From assembly GCA_045612805.1 (NCBI GenBank), contig JAZKZR010000008.1, positions 6,276 to 70,275 on the forward strand: DNA of 64,000 nt, written 5' to 3'. Shown one piece after another: positions 1 through 9,814 of this stretch. The notes below the pieces were generated by a model. The model ran no database searches. It was not told the DNA's origin and saw only the letters and a program-made list of their open reading frames with translations. The DNA is from Candidatus Enterousia sp. (GTDB taxonomy: Bacteria; Pseudomonadota; Alphaproteobacteria; Rs-D84). A program made the position numbers and the translations under genes. How positions within the stretch are numbered: the stretch's first letter is position 1; each line of letters opens with the position of its first letter.

Positions 1-2
1 AT

Positions 3-116
3 CGCCGGCGCGCACCACACCAATATATTTGGCGTGAAAATCATGCCGCCGCCGTGTGGGATTCGGCGATGCGCGTTATTGATGCGGCCGCGCGTGCCAA
101 AGGTTGGGTCGAATAA
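3..116 (+). CDS. 3' fragment of an upstream gene that ends at TAA 114-116; product unknown
   Basis: Open frame 3 runs from the window edge and ends ...SAMRVIDAARAKGWVE*. No motif recognised. Confidence 0.2.
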   Translation, partial: RRRAPHQYIWRENHAAAVWDSAMRVIDAAARAKGWVE

Positions 117-133
117 GTAAAAAGGATTTAATT

Positions 134-469
134 ATGGTTATTATTGGGTTTACAAAAAAATCTTCAAAAATTTTACCAAATATATTTTGTAAAAAATTTC
201 GGCACTGTGCGGTTATCGTGCGTGGGCGCGCGAAATTTACACTCTATCAATTCGTATCGCATGGACATATTGAAAAAATTAGCCTGGGCGCACGTGATAT
301 GAAAATGTTGCGGCAATATGGTTGGTGCTTTGTTTATGTGCCATGTGATTTACCACGAAATTTCCCGCGAAAAAATTGGACCTGTGTCAATATGGCCAAA
401 GATGCAATTAAAATGCGCGCACCGTTTATACAAACGCCCGATGCGCTTTATCGTGCGTTATCGGAATGA
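134..469 (+). CDS. hypothetical Cys/His-containing protein (111 aa)
   Basis: ATG at 134 preceded by aaaggat SD. The ORF is followed directly by a strong hairpin and T-tract. No recognisable family. Confidence 0.4.
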   Translation: MVIIGFTKKSSKILPNIFCKKFRHCAVIVRGRAKFTLYQFVSHGHIEKISLGARDMKMLRQYGWCFVYVPCDLPRNFPRKNWTCVNMAKDAIKMRAPFIQTPDALYRALSE

Positions 470-470
470 A

Positions 471-499
471 AAAGCCCGTCATAACGACGGGCTTTTTTT
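471..499. terminator. bidirectional rho-independent terminator
   Basis: aaagcccgtc-ataa-cgacgggcttttttt hairpin between the convergent 134-469 gene and yidC. Confidence 0.7.
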
Positions 500-2078
500 A
501 CTTTGTATTCAATCTGCGTTTGATGATGTATGTTTGGACTATGCCAAAAATGTTTGATATCGTCCAATACAAAACCAATCCCGCCGGCATCCATGCGAAC
601 ATTATCGTAAAGATAATTGGCAACCATTTCATCATGCGCCCCGTTTGTGCCGCAACATCGTTTGCATCCGCGCCCTTTGTGCGGCCGGTTTGCAGATATT
701 GTTGCAACCACATTGTCGCGCCCATAAGTATCGGCAAAATAAAGTATGGGTCCATCGCCGCCAAATCATTTATCCACAGGAAATGCGCGTTTCGCATATT
801 CACAGAAACAAGCAACGCTTTATACAGCGCAAAGAAAATCGGAATCTGAATCAGCATCGGCAAACAACCCGACATAGGCGAAGTTTTATGCGTGCGATAC
901 AGGTTCATCATTTCCATTTGCAAACGCACTTTGTCGTTCGCGTAAAGTTTTTGTATGCGTTTTAATTCGGGCTGCATCTGTTGCATCTTTATTGACGACA
1001 CATACGATTTACGCGTAAGCGGCCACATCAGTAATCGCAATAATATCGTTAGCAAAATTATCGCAACACCGTAATTCATCACGAACGAATTCAAAACATT
1101 TAACGCCCACAGTAATGGCCGCGCAAAGAACCAAAACCACCCGTAATCCAATGTTTCACCAATTCCGGGAATCGTTGTTTCCGCCGTATCCAAAACGCGT
1201 TGTTCACGGGGGCCGGCAAAAACCGTCGTTGTGAAAACACCGGTGTCGTTCGGTTTAACGATAATCGGCGCCGCGGTGGAATCCGCAACATATTTATCCG
1301 CGATTGATTTCACGCGCATCGTTTGGTCTGGCGATTTTATGTTTGCGATTGTTTGCCAGTATTGGTCTGCAAACCCAATAAAACCATTTGTTGTGGAATA
1401 GACATAAGATTTCTTGGCCATTTTACCCCAATCCACATAACGCACCCGCGAATTCGTATTCGTCACCGCGCCCGTTGCAACACCCGCCGAAGATTGCGCG
1501 GGCCCACGCACAATGCGCGCATACGGTGCAAACGAAATATCGCGCGCGGTATTGTTTTCGACACTGTCGGTAATCGTGACCAAGTATCCATCGACGCTTA
1601 TGTCGCGCGTGAACACAACCCCGTCCGAATTGCGCCAGGTCATTTTACCCGCACTGTCTTGCCAAACCGTATTCACATCTGGCGCGGTTGTGCCGGTTGC
1701 GTTCAGACCGACCTCCAGAAAATCATTTTCCGTGCCAAGCAATTTTACGCGTTCGGATTCCGCACCCGATGTCGCCGCAAAGTCCATCAATGCAACATTT
1801 GAAATGCGCAGTCCACGAACATTTGCAACAATTTTATCCGAAGAAATTTTATGCGCCGGCGTATCGGTGGTGGTTGCCGAAATAATCGCAACATCTGCAT
1901 CGGTCGGTGCGGGCACGTTCTTTGGCGATGTCCACATACTTATCAACCACCATGACCCGATGAACAAAATAAACCACCACAAAAACCCGCCGAACCTGGA
2001 TTTTGGTTTTGCGGTTGCATTACGATTTGCGTTCCATGCCGCAAATCCCGAATTATTGTTATCAAGAAATTTTACCAT
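498..2078 (-). CDS. yidC: membrane protein insertase YidC
   Basis: 526 aa with a large periplasmic domain and a C-terminal 5-TM core (PLTRKSY...MQPELKRIQ...GCLPMLIQIPIFFALY). SD aaaaggat upstream. Confidence 0.93.
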   Translation of the reverse strand: MVKFLDNNNSGFAAWNANRNATAKPKSRFGGFLWWFILFIGSWWLISMWTSPKNVPAPTDADVAIISATTTDTPAHKISSDKIVANVRGLRISNVALMDFAATSGAESERVKLLGTENDFLEVGLNATGTTAPDVNTVWQDSAGKMTWRNSDGVVFTRDISVDGYLVTITDSVENNTARDISFAPYARIVRGPAQSSAGVATGAVTNTNSRVRYVDWGKMAKKSYVYSTTNGFIGFADQYWQTIANIKSPDQTMRVKSIADKYVADSTAAPIIVKPNDTGVFTTTVFAGPREQRVLDTAETTIPGIGETLDYGWFWFFARPLLWALNVLNSFVMNYGVAIILLTILLRLLMWPLTRKSYVSSIKMQQMQPELKRIQKLYANDKVRLQMEMMNLYRTHKTSPMSGCLPMLIQIPIFFALYKALLVSVNMRNAHFLWINDLAAMDPYFILPILMGATMWLQQYLQTGRTKGADANDVAAQTGRMMKWLPIIFTIMFAWMPAGLVLYWTISNIFGIVQTYIIKRRLNTK

Positions 2079-2081
2079 TTT

Positions 2082-2612
2082 TTATCCTTTTAAATTACGC
2101 ATACAACGACGGCGCGCCAACCACCAATTCAAAATGTAAAGCAAAACACCAACGGTAATAAAGCTGTCCGCGACATTAAATGCCGGCCAATGTGCGCCAC
2201 CAATATGAAAGTCCAAGAAATCGATTACCGCGCCGAAACGCAACCTGTCCACGAAATTACCAAGTGCGCCACCGGCAATCATAACAAGTGGAACGCGTTC
2301 ATAATTTTTCGCACGCGCAAACAGGTAATATAAAATCAATGCGATTATTGCGCCCGTTGCAATTGTCATTATCATCGGTAAATTATCACCGAAATTCCGA
2401 AACAACGAAAACGCCGTGCCCGGATTCCACGTGAACACAACATTAAAAAAGTTTGTCACGTGCCGCATTAAATATGGCACCGGCACAACGGTCCACGCCG
2501 CGCCCCAAACAAATGCCGAACCAGTTATTAAATACAGCAGCGTGCCCTTGGTAATTTGGTCAATCAGAACGATTGCGATTATCGCGATAATTGCCCACAG
2601 TGATTTTTTCAT
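2082..2612 (-). CDS. lspA: lipoprotein signal peptidase II
   Basis: MKKSLWAIIAIIAIVLIDQITK...FNVADSFITVGV, LspA-like motifs. Start chosen at the internal ATG that has an aaaggaaag SD. The stop lies 3 bp before the yidC start. Confidence 0.85.
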   Translation of the reverse strand: MKKSLWAIIAIIAIVLIDQITKGTLLYLITGSAFVWGAAWTVVPVPYLMRHVTNFFNVVFTWNPGTAFSLFRNFGDNLPMIMTIATGAIIALILYYLFARAKNYERVPLVMIAGGALGNFVDRLRFGAVIDFLDFHIGGAHWPAFNVADSFITVGVLLYILNWWLARRRCMRNLKG

Positions 2613-2703
2613 TTTTCTTTCCTTTGTAAAGGTTTTGCACAATATAGCAAGATAGATAAATAAAAGCAAACATAAAAACGACGTGTGTGTGACGAATTAT
2701 TTT

Positions 2704-4413
2704 TTATTTATTTTTATCCGTAATTGCGTTATCAAGTTTCGAATAATTTTCACTGCGCATTTCTTGCAATGTGCGGGAAATTATTTCATCGGATACACCA
2801 AGTTTTTCCAAAACCCCGTGCGCCAACATCAACGAAGATTCCACTGTTTCCGGCCATGCTTCTTCGACGCCTTCGTTGGTCAGTGCGCGTGATTCACACA
2901 AATTGCGCGCACGTGCAAAAATTTTCACCTTTGGTGCGATGCCCCTTATTGTTAAAACCGCATTACGCGCGGTCGCCGCATTATCAAGCGCAACAACAAC
3001 CGCACGCACGCGACGCGATGCCAAACCAAATTCACGCAAAACCGTGTGATTCGTGCTGTCGCCATAAAATACATTGTACCCATGTTCACGCCCAAGCATG
3101 ACCGCATTTACATCCAAATCAAGTGCGACGTATGGTATTTTTCGCGCACGCAAAACATGCGCAATTATTTGCCCCACACGACCGAAACCACATATTAAAA
3201 CTTCGGGTTTTGTTTCATTGTCGGTTGCGTTTAATTGGCGCATACGCGAACGTGCAAACATTTTTTTCGAACGGAAAATTTTATCGTGCAAGGTTAGCAA
3301 GAACGGCGTTGACACCATAGATAAGATTATTATCGCGGTCAAAATTTCTTGGTCCGCGGCGGGCACGGCGGAAATGCCACTGGTTTTCATTGTCTGAAAC
3401 ATCAGCAACGCGAATTCGCCGCCCTGGCTTAACACCAATGCGATAAGGCGCGCATCAAAAACCGGAATGCCACGCACGCGCGACACCATAAACAGCGCAA
3501 AGAATTTTATAAAGACCAATCCGACCATACCGCCAATAACCCAATACCAATTCCGTGCAAGCACTTCAAGATTTAATCCCATCCCAAGCGATATAAAGAA
3601 TAACGACAAAAACAATAATGCATATGGGTCGATTTCTGCGCGGACCTGGTGACTGTATATTGTTTCAGACATTAGCATACCCGCCAAAAATGCACCAAGT
3701 CCCGTCGGCAATCCCAAAAGGTTCATCAACACCGCCCAAAGTGCGATGTTTAACATGATGGCAAGTAAAAATGCCTCTTTGGATTTTAATTTTGCCACAC
3801 GTTTTAGCACCGGATTCAAAACAAAACGGCCGATTACAACAACACCCAAAATCAATGTGACCGATGTCACCGTGACATCAATCAATGTTGCACCAAGGTT
3901 AAATGAACGTCCGGCAAACACCGGTAACATGGCAAGAAGCGGAATCGACAACAAATCTTGGAACAACAAAATTGAAAAAGTTTGATGTCCCATGGTCGTG
4001 TTTAACTGATTACGGTCGGTTAGTAATTGCAGGTCTTCGGACGTACTGGACATTGCGAACAAAAGTGAAATCGTGATTGTGCCAATCACCGACCATGTTG
4101 TCATTCCAAACAGAATTGGAAACAACATCATTGCAACCATTAAAACCTGGGTCGCACCGAAACCAAAAATTGTTCGACGCATGTTCCAAAGGCGTTTTAT
4201 ATTTATTTCCAAACCGATGGTGAACCACAAAAATAAAATTCCAAGGTCGCCAAGAAATGTCCATGTAGAATTCAGTTGAAACAAATCCAAAATATATGGT
4301 CCTGATATCATACCGGCGACCAAAAATGCAACCAATGCCCCAACACGCAACGTGCGCAGCAAGAACACCAGCACAAAAATCATCGCAAAAAATATCAGGA
4401 CCGATAAAGACAA
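2704..4413 (-). CDS. CPA2-family monovalent cation/H+ antiporter with a C-terminal TrkA-N (Rossmann) domain (KefB/KefC-like)
   Basis: About 12 TM helices, then a GFGRVGQIIAHVL Rossmann motif. Confidence 0.8.
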   Translation of the reverse strand: MSLSVLIFFAMIFVLVFLLRTLRVGALVAFLVAGMISGPYILDLFQLNSTWTFLGDLGILFLWFTIGLEINIKRLWNMRRTIFGFGATQVLMVAMMLFPILFGMTTWSVIGTITISLLFAMSSTSEDLQLLTDRNQLNTTMGHQTFSILLFQDLLSIPLLAMLPVFAGRSFNLGATLIDVTVTSVTLILGVVVIGRFVLNPVLKRVAKLKSKEAFLLAIMLNIALWAVLMNLLGLPTGLGAFLAGMLMSETIYSHQVRAEIDPYALLFLSLFFISLGMGLNLEVLARNWYWVIGGMVGLVFIKFFALFMVSRVRGIPVFDARLIALVLSQGGEFALLMFQTMKTSGISAVPAADQEILTAIIILSMVSTPFLLTLHDKIFRSKKMFARSRMRQLNATDNETKPEVLICGFGRVGQIIAHVLRARKIPYVALDLDVNAVMLGREHGYNVFYGDSTNHTVLREFGLASRRVRAVVVALDNAATARNAVLTIRGIAPKVKIFARARNLCESRALTNEGVEEAWPETVESSLMLAHGVLEKLGVSDEIISRTLQEMRSENYSKLDNAITDKNK

Positions 4414-4462
4414 TTCTCTCTCCGTACGACTCGCGATTTATTATAGCAAAAATTTGCGGTGT

Positions 4463-5290
4463 TTATGCAACAAGTTTTTTTGAAAGTTCAAGAAATTTTT
4501 CCGCCGTTAAATCTTCGGCGCGTTCCGTTCCCAATAAACCAAAACTTTCCCAATCAACATCGCGCATAATTCCGCGAATCATTTTTCGCCGCATTCCAAA
4601 AAGTTTTGCGGTTAAATTTTCAAGTGCCGAAATGTTTTCAATTTTCTTTATCTTTGCGGTGTTCGGAATTATTTGCACAACCGCGCTTTCCACCCGTGGC
4701 CGTGGCACAAACGCGGTTGATGGCACACCGAACAAAATTTTCGCGTCCGAAACGGTCGATGTTAAAACCGCCAAACGGCCATACGCATTATCACCCATTT
4801 TTGCAACAATTCTTTCCGCAACTTCGCGTTGAAACATTAGTGTCATTGATTTTATTGGTACGCCGTTCGCAATATCTTGCAACCAATTTACCAATAATTC
4901 CGTGCCGACATTATAAGGTAAATTTGCACAAATAGAAAATTCACCGCCCGCAATTTTTTTCATATCGACACGCAACGCATCATCATAGATAACTTGCAAC
5001 CGACCATTTGCGGCGGATTCAATTTGCGACAAAATTGGTTCAGTGGTTTTATCTTTTTCAATTGCAATTACGCGTCGCGCACCCGCGTGTAACAATGCCC
5101 GTGTAAGGCCGCCCGGTCCGGGACCAATTTCGATAATTGTTGTGTGTTCTAAATCTGGCACGGCGCGTGCGATGCGGCCGGTTAAATTTAGGTCAAACAA
5201 AAAATTCTGGCCGAATTGTTTTTTCGGTTCCAACCCCGCGTCACGCATCATTTCTGACACCGGCGGCAAAGATGAAATTTTATCCGTCAT
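4463..5290 (-). CDS. rsmA: 16S rRNA (adenine1518/1519-N6)-dimethyltransferase
   Basis: QNFLFD...IIEIGPGPGGLT, the KsgA SAM-binding motif. Confidence 0.9.
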   Translation of the reverse strand: MTDKISSLPPVSEMMRDAGLEPKKQFGQNFLFDLNLTGRIARAVPDLEHTTIIEIGPGPGGLTRALLHAGARRVIAIEKDKTTEPILSQIESAANGRLQVIYDDALRVDMKKIAGGEFSICANLPYNVGTELLVNWLQDIANGVPIKSMTLMFQREVAERIVAKMGDNAYGRLAVLTSTVSDAKILFGVPSTAFVPRPRVESAVVQIIPNTAKIKKIENISALENLTAKLFGMRRKMIRGIMRDVDWESFGLLGTERAEDLTAEKFLELSKKLVA

Positions 5291-5883
5291 ATTGTGCGCC
5301 GCCCCCCAAACGCCAACGATAATGTACCGTCATCGATGTAATCCAGTTCGCCACCCAACGGCACACCCGACGCAAGTTCGGAAAACTTTATATTTTCTTT
5401 ATCAATTATCGACATAATATATTGCTGGGTCGTTTTGCCTTCGATAGTGTTTGGCAATGCGAAAATAATTTCCGTGATTTTTTCGTCCGCAATTCGCGCC
5501 GATAAATTCGCCAAATTCAAATCTTCGGGCGTAATTCCCGCAACGCCCGAAAGCAACCCGCCAATAATATGATAACGTCCGCCAAAAACACCCGATTTTT
5601 CAAGTGTCCAAACATCCGATAAATCACGCACCACACACAGCATTCCATTCGCACGCCGCATATCGCGACAGTATTCGCATTTTTCCGCCCCCCTATCGGT
5701 CAGCACCCCACACACCGGGCATGCATGTATGTTTTCATTTGCATCAACCAATGCTTCGACCAATTTTTCAATGCGACCGGTTTTATCCTGCAAAAGTGCC
5801 AACACAATGCGTTGCGCCGCCCGATTTCCCACACGTGGCAGTTTTGCAAATTGTTTAATAAGTTTTTCAATCTTTGGATTCAT
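5287..5883 (-). CDS. recR: recombination protein RecR
   Basis: LPRVGNRAAQRI HhH motif, a C4 zinc finger (CPVCG...CEYC) and a Toprim region. Overlaps the rsmA start by 4 nt. Confidence 0.93.
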   Translation of the reverse strand: MNPKIEKLIKQFAKLPRVGNRAAQRIVLALLQDKTGRIEKLVEALVDANENIHACPVCGVLTDRGAEKCEYCRDMRRANGMLCVVRDLSDVWTLEKSGVFGGRYHIIGGLLSGVAGITPEDLNLANLSARIADEKITEIIFALPNTIEGKTTQQYIMSIIDKENIKFSELASGVPLGGELDYIDDGTLSLAFGGRRTI

Positions 5884-5899
5884 AACCGTATAATATCAA

Positions 5900-7021
5900 T
5901 CAATGAAACACATAGCAATCAATTCCCGCGGACGATGCGCGATTTTTTAAGTTTTGGGCCGCGGATTCGGAAAGTCCCGTCACACGCACACGATAAAGTC
6001 CCGCGCCGTTCGGTTCCAAATGCGCGGTCGCACCGGTCGCATTTTTAACACGCGCAATCATCGCGTTTGCGGAATCCGTACTGCCGAACGCACCAAATTG
6101 AACACCAACGCCGCCGGTCGCATAGGTCGGTGTGGTCACCGGCGCAACCCTTGGTGCATCGTCCGCGTATTTTTGGACGATGGGCGATGTCACGGGCGCG
6201 GGTTCAACGGTATAGTTTGCCGCCGCACCGATACCATATGTTTCAAAACCACGATTCAACAGCCGCGTTGATACCGCCGCACGAACATCTTTGTTTTCCG
6301 CCCCCAATACAACCGACAGCAAGTGATGCCCCCCACGCGCCGCCGTTGCAACCAACGAATACTTTGATTTATCCGTATAGCCCGTTTTCATACCATCGCA
6401 CCCCGGATATGTTTCCAACAATCGATTTCCGTTCGTGTATGTTTTTCCGTTATAGGTCCACGTTTTTATTCCAAAATATTTCCAATACTGTGGGAAATGC
6501 TTATAAACCGCCATGGACAGCAACGCAATATCACGCGCGGTGGATAAATGGTCGTCGTCCGGCAAACCGGATGAATTTTCAAAATTTGTGTGTGACAGGC
6601 CGATTTCGCGCGCGACACGCGTCATCAATGATGCAAATGTTCCCTCTTTGCCACCCTTAAGGTTTTCGGCCAAAACCCGTGCGACATCGTTCGCGCTGTA
6701 CACCGCAAGTGCGATTATCGCATCTTCGACACGAATCTTGGAACCGGCGGCAAGCCCCAGTTTCACAGACGGTGCGGCGGCGGCACTTTGCGACACAATC
6801 AAATAATCATCCAAATGCAAACGCCCGTGTTCCAACGCATCAAATGTCAAATACAATGTCATAATCTTGGTCAAACTTGCCGGATAATTTGCATCGTTCG
6901 CATGTTCGGAAAAAATCACGCGTCCCGTGTCCATATCCGCAACCAGTGCCGCACGATAATCCGCCGCAAACGCGCCACCACAAAGTAAAACCGCAATAAT
7001 AAAAGATAAAATTTTTCTCAT
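5900..7021 (-). CDS. D-alanyl-D-alanine carboxypeptidase (PBP5/6 class) with a C-terminal SPOR domain
   Basis: Signal peptide MRKILSFIIAVLLCGGAFA, active-site SLTK, and a C-terminal FGAFGS...YRVRVTG SPOR-like module. An alternative GTG start exists at 7051. Confidence 0.8.
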   Translation of the reverse strand: MRKILSFIIAVLLCGGAFAADYRAALVADMDTGRVIFSEHANDANYPASLTKIMTLYLTFDALEHGRLHLDDYLIVSQSAAAAPSVKLGLAAGSKIRVEDAIIALAVYSANDVARVLAENLKGGKEGTFASLMTRVAREIGLSHTNFENSSGLPDDDHLSTARDIALLSMAVYKHFPQYWKYFGIKTWTYNGKTYTNGNRLLETYPGCDGMKTGYTDKSKYSLVATAARGGHHLLSVVLGAENKDVRAAVSTRLLNRGFETYGIGAAANYTVEPAPVTSPIVQKYADDAPRVAPVTTPTYATGGVGVQFGAFGSTDSANAMIARVKNATGATAHLEPNGAGLYRVRVTGLSESAAQNLKNRASSAGIDCYVFH

Positions 7022-7071
7022 GCTTTTTATGTTATTAAAAAAATGTGTCACGGGTCAACAGGAAATTAGTG

Positions 7072-7200
7072 AATAGTGTTAGTGGTTAGTGGTTAGTGAG
7101 ATGCGTCACCCCGCTGAAAAGCGGGGCCTACGCGGAGTTGCAGAGAATTATTCTACGAATATGGCAACAAGATACCGCTTTACAGCGGTATGACGGAACT
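7072..7200. repeat. composite intergenic repeat element, copy A (TTAGTGG heptads + GC hairpin + GATACCGC hairpin)
   Basis: tagtgttagtggttagtggttagtg, then ccccgctgaaaagcgggg, then gataccgctttacagcggtatgacgg. The same architecture recurs at 31672, 39700 and 50540. Confidence 0.7.
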
Positions 7201-8985
7201 TTATTTTTCTTCCTGTAAAAATCCGCCGGATTGCATTTTCCAAAGTCGTGCGTATTCGCCACGTCGCCGTAAAAGCGCATTGTGCGTGCCGGATTCAACA
7301 ATTTTGCCGTTGTCCAAAACAACAATTCTATCCATGTTGCGTAATGTCGAAAGACGGTGTGCAATCGCGATTGTTGTTCGGTCATGCGACAATTTTTCAA
7401 ACGAATGTTGAATTGCAACCTCGGTTTCACTGTCCAGTGCGGATGTCGCCTCGTCAAGAATCAAAATCGGTGCATCTTTCAAAAACGCGCGTGCAATTGC
7501 GATGCGCTGACGTTGACCACCCGACATTTTTATTCCGCGGTCACCAACCAGTGTATCGTATTTCTTTTCCGTGCTACTGATGAATTTATCCGCCGATGCA
7601 AACCGCGCCGCATTTTTGATTTCCGCGAGGGTTGCGTCGGGGCGACCATATGCGATATTTTCACGAATCGTCCGATTGAACATCGCGGGGTCTTGGGGAA
7701 TAAAGGATATATTTTCACGCAAAGATTGCTGGGTTATCGTGCGAATGTCGGTGCCATCAATTAAAATTTCACCATGTGCAACATCGTAAAAACGCATCAG
7801 TAAATTTACAAGTGTCGTTTTTCCCGCACCCGATGGCCCAACAATTCCAACGCGTTCACCGGGTTTAATAGTAAGTGTCAAATCGCGCAAGACATATTTA
7901 TTTTTATATTTGAATGAAACATTTTTGAATTCAATTTTGCCACGTTTAACAACCAAATCCGGCGCATTCGGGGCATCGACCACTGTCAACGGGGTTGATA
8001 GTTCTTTATACCCCTTGTTCGCCGAAGCCATGCCATCAATTACAGTTGGTATTTTATTAATCAGGTTGCTTATCATACCCATAACATTATAATATACCGC
8101 CATACTGTAAACTATATCAGAAATTTTCATCATTCCGCGCGAATATAGGTATGCGCATAATACCAATGTTGCGCCAAACATAGCATCCCAGAAATATATC
8201 GGAACCGCCCATGATAAACGTTGCCAAAACGCGGCTGTCCTTATTGCCTGCACATGATCTTCACGCGGTTTCTCTAAATAGTCGTGTTCGTGCGTTTCGC
8301 CCGCAAAAAGTTTTACCGCTGTTTGATTTGCAAATCCGTCTAAAATTTTACCCGACAAAGCCGAATCTGTGCTGGCGCGGGTTTCAGCCGATTTTTTAAT
8401 TTTCTTGCGCAAAGCCCACACAAATCCGCCACGCAATATGAACATAATTATAAACGTCCACGCAATGTATTTGTTCACGGTAAATAATAATGTTGAATTT
8501 ATGGCAATCATTATTACACGCAAACATATCGCCCATACTTCTTGGATTAGTGTTTGCGCCCCATTTTGAACAAATCGTAAATTTGCGCTTACCGACCCAG
8601 CCATACGATTTACCCAAAACACCATAGATTGCAAATGAACATAATCGGTCAATACAGACGATATACGTTTGTTAACGTATGGTGTCATAACAGATAGACT
8701 GCGATTGCTTAAAATAGCAATTGTTGAGAAACTCATTTGTATACCAACCAGTAATAAAATTGTCGGCATTACATGGTGATATATTGCTGTCCCAAGTGGT
8801 GCACCTTCAAACATGGCGACTATCCACCGTTCAATAAATGGATAAACAACCGAACCCGAAAATTCTAAAAAACATAGAACCATAAATGGAATTATGTATT
8901 TATACAGGCCTGGAAAACACCGTTTAAAATAAAACCCAAGTAAAGTTTTTGGCATGAAATTATTTTGCGTTTCTGACTTTTTCAT
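7201..8985 (-). CDS. ABC exporter, fused permease + ATPase (MsbA/lipid A-exporter-like)
   Basis: N-terminal 6 TM, then Walker A GPSGAGKTT, signature LSGGQRQRIAIARA and Walker B ILILDEATSALD. Confidence 0.8.
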   Translation of the reverse strand: MKKSETQNNFMPKTLLGFYFKRCFPGLYKYIIPFMVLCFLEFSGSVVYPFIERWIVAMFEGAPLGTAIYHHVMPTILLLVGIQMSFSTIAILSNRSLSVMTPYVNKRISSVLTDYVHLQSMVFWVNRMAGSVSANLRFVQNGAQTLIQEVWAICLRVIMIAINSTLLFTVNKYIAWTFIIMFILRGGFVWALRKKIKKSAETRASTDSALSGKILDGFANQTAVKLFAGETHEHDYLEKPREDHVQAIRTAAFWQRLSWAVPIYFWDAMFGATLVLCAYLYSRGMMKISDIVYSMAVYYNVMGMISNLINKIPTVIDGMASANKGYKELSTPLTVVDAPNAPDLVVKRGKIEFKNVSFKYKNKYVLRDLTLTIKPGERVGIVGPSGAGKTTLVNLLMRFYDVAHGEILIDGTDIRTITQQSLRENISFIPQDPAMFNRTIRENIAYGRPDATLAEIKNAARFASADKFISSTEKKYDTLVGDRGIKMSGGQRQRIAIARAFLKDAPILILDEATSALDSETEVAIQHSFEKLSHDRTTIAIAHRLSTLRNMDRIVVLDNGKIVESGTHNALLRRRGEYARLWKMQSGGFLQEEK

Positions 8986-9065
8986 ATGAATATTCCCCCA
9001 CGATACAAACAGTCCTATTGTGGTGCAACACCCAAAAAAACGCAAGTGCATTTTTATAAAACAGG

Positions 9066-9093
9066 TTGAAAAATAAAATAAATTGGTTAAAAT
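9066..9093 (+). promoter_or_regulatory. sigma70-like promoter for tRNA-Glu (TTGAAA-16-TAAAAT)
   Basis: Hexamers seen directly. The predicted TSS is about 7 nt before the tRNA 5' end. Confidence 0.45.
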
Positions 9094-9107
9094 TGTTCTG
9101 TTTCGCC

Positions 9108-9182
9108 GGTCCCATCGTCTAGCGGTTAGGACATCGGATTCTCATTCCGGTAACACGGGTTCGATTCCCGTTGGGACTGCCA
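9108..9182 (+). tRNA. tRNA-Glu, anticodon CUC
   Basis: Hand-folded cloverleaf aligning to E. coli tRNA-Glu (GTCTAG D-arm, GGTTCGATTCC T-arm). Anticodon loop TTCTCAT, G1-U72 wobble, encoded CCA. Confidence 0.75.
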
Positions 9183-9188
9183 TAAAAA

Positions 9189-9216
9189 TTAAATTCGGCC
9201 TTGGCCGGATTTTATT
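9189..9216 (+). terminator. putative terminator after tRNA-Glu
   Basis: Hairpin attcggcc..ggccggat followed by ttttattttt. Confidence 0.45.
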
Positions 9217-9326
9217 TTTACACGTGTTTCTTGGAATCGAACCCGTGAGACACGGGTTCGAACCGTGGCCGAAAGGCAGGCGAAAGCATGCCGGCGAGCA
9301 CAGCGAGTGAGGCAAGGTGGCGAAGC

Positions 9327-9345
9327 ATTCCCGTTGGGACTGCCA
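9327..9345 (+). repeat. direct repeat of the tRNA-Glu 3' end (attcccgttgggactgcca); att-like footprint
   Basis: Exact 19-mer copy of 9164-9182, 163 bp downstream. The intervening DNA carries inverted T-arm fragments. Confidence 0.6.
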
Positions 9346-9407
9346 AATTTCGTTATTGCGCGCAAAGCGCACAATTAAGAAATTTGAGCATCGCGCCGTA
9401 GCAAAGT

Positions 9408-9803
9408 TTATCTTTTCCGTGGGTATAGATGTTCGGCGGCAAAGCCAAATTTCATAACGTTCATCGCGTTTGCGTATTCTTCGATTTCACGACGATTCAG
9501 GTCCGCACCCATAATTCCGCGCGTGTTCTTTTTATCCAATGCCGCGCGTATTTCCGGTGTGATTCCGTGAATCATCGGTTCGGTCGTGTAATCTAATTTT
9601 GCCGCAATCATGCGCACCATGTGACTTTGGTTATCAATAAACCCCAAAACATGCGGATTTAGAAAGACGGCAGCACGCATGAATTCTTCGGATGGATTTG
9701 GGGCGCGTAAAAACGCCGCGGGGCATTCCGCAATTTGCGGTAAAAGCCCCCTTTCAAATTCAGTCATATATGTCATACCGTTCATTTTAATTTTTTCCGC
9801 CAT
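9408..9803 (-). CDS. conserved hypothetical protein (131 aa)
   Basis: Intact ORF, last gene of the gyrA-merR-X co-directional set. No family recognised. Confidence 0.5.
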   Translation of the reverse strand: MAEKIKMNGMTYMTEFERGLLPQIAECPAAFLRAPNPSEEFMRAAVFLNPHVLGFIDNQSHMVRMIAAKLDYTTEPMIHGITPEIRAALDKKNTRGIMGADLNRREIEEYANAMNVMKFGFAAEHLYPRKR

Positions 9804-9814
9804 TTCTAATCCTT

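Noticed and set aside
1513-2139. 208 aa + strand ORF (and several others) antisense to yidC
   Set aside because: Fully embedded antisense to a well-conserved gene, with no SD and low-complexity Arg/Ala composition. Typical of GC-skewed antisense frames.
7051-7051. GTG start at 7051 for the DD-carboxypeptidase
   Set aside because: The ATG at 7021 gives a canonical 19 aa signal peptide and is preceded by a TTGACC-18-TAACAT promoter-like element. Confidence in this choice is only moderate.
9083-9374. Three 60-76 aa ORFs overlapping tRNA-Glu and its downstream repeat
   Set aside because: The region is explained by the tRNA, its terminator and tRNA-derived repeat fragments. No SD is present.
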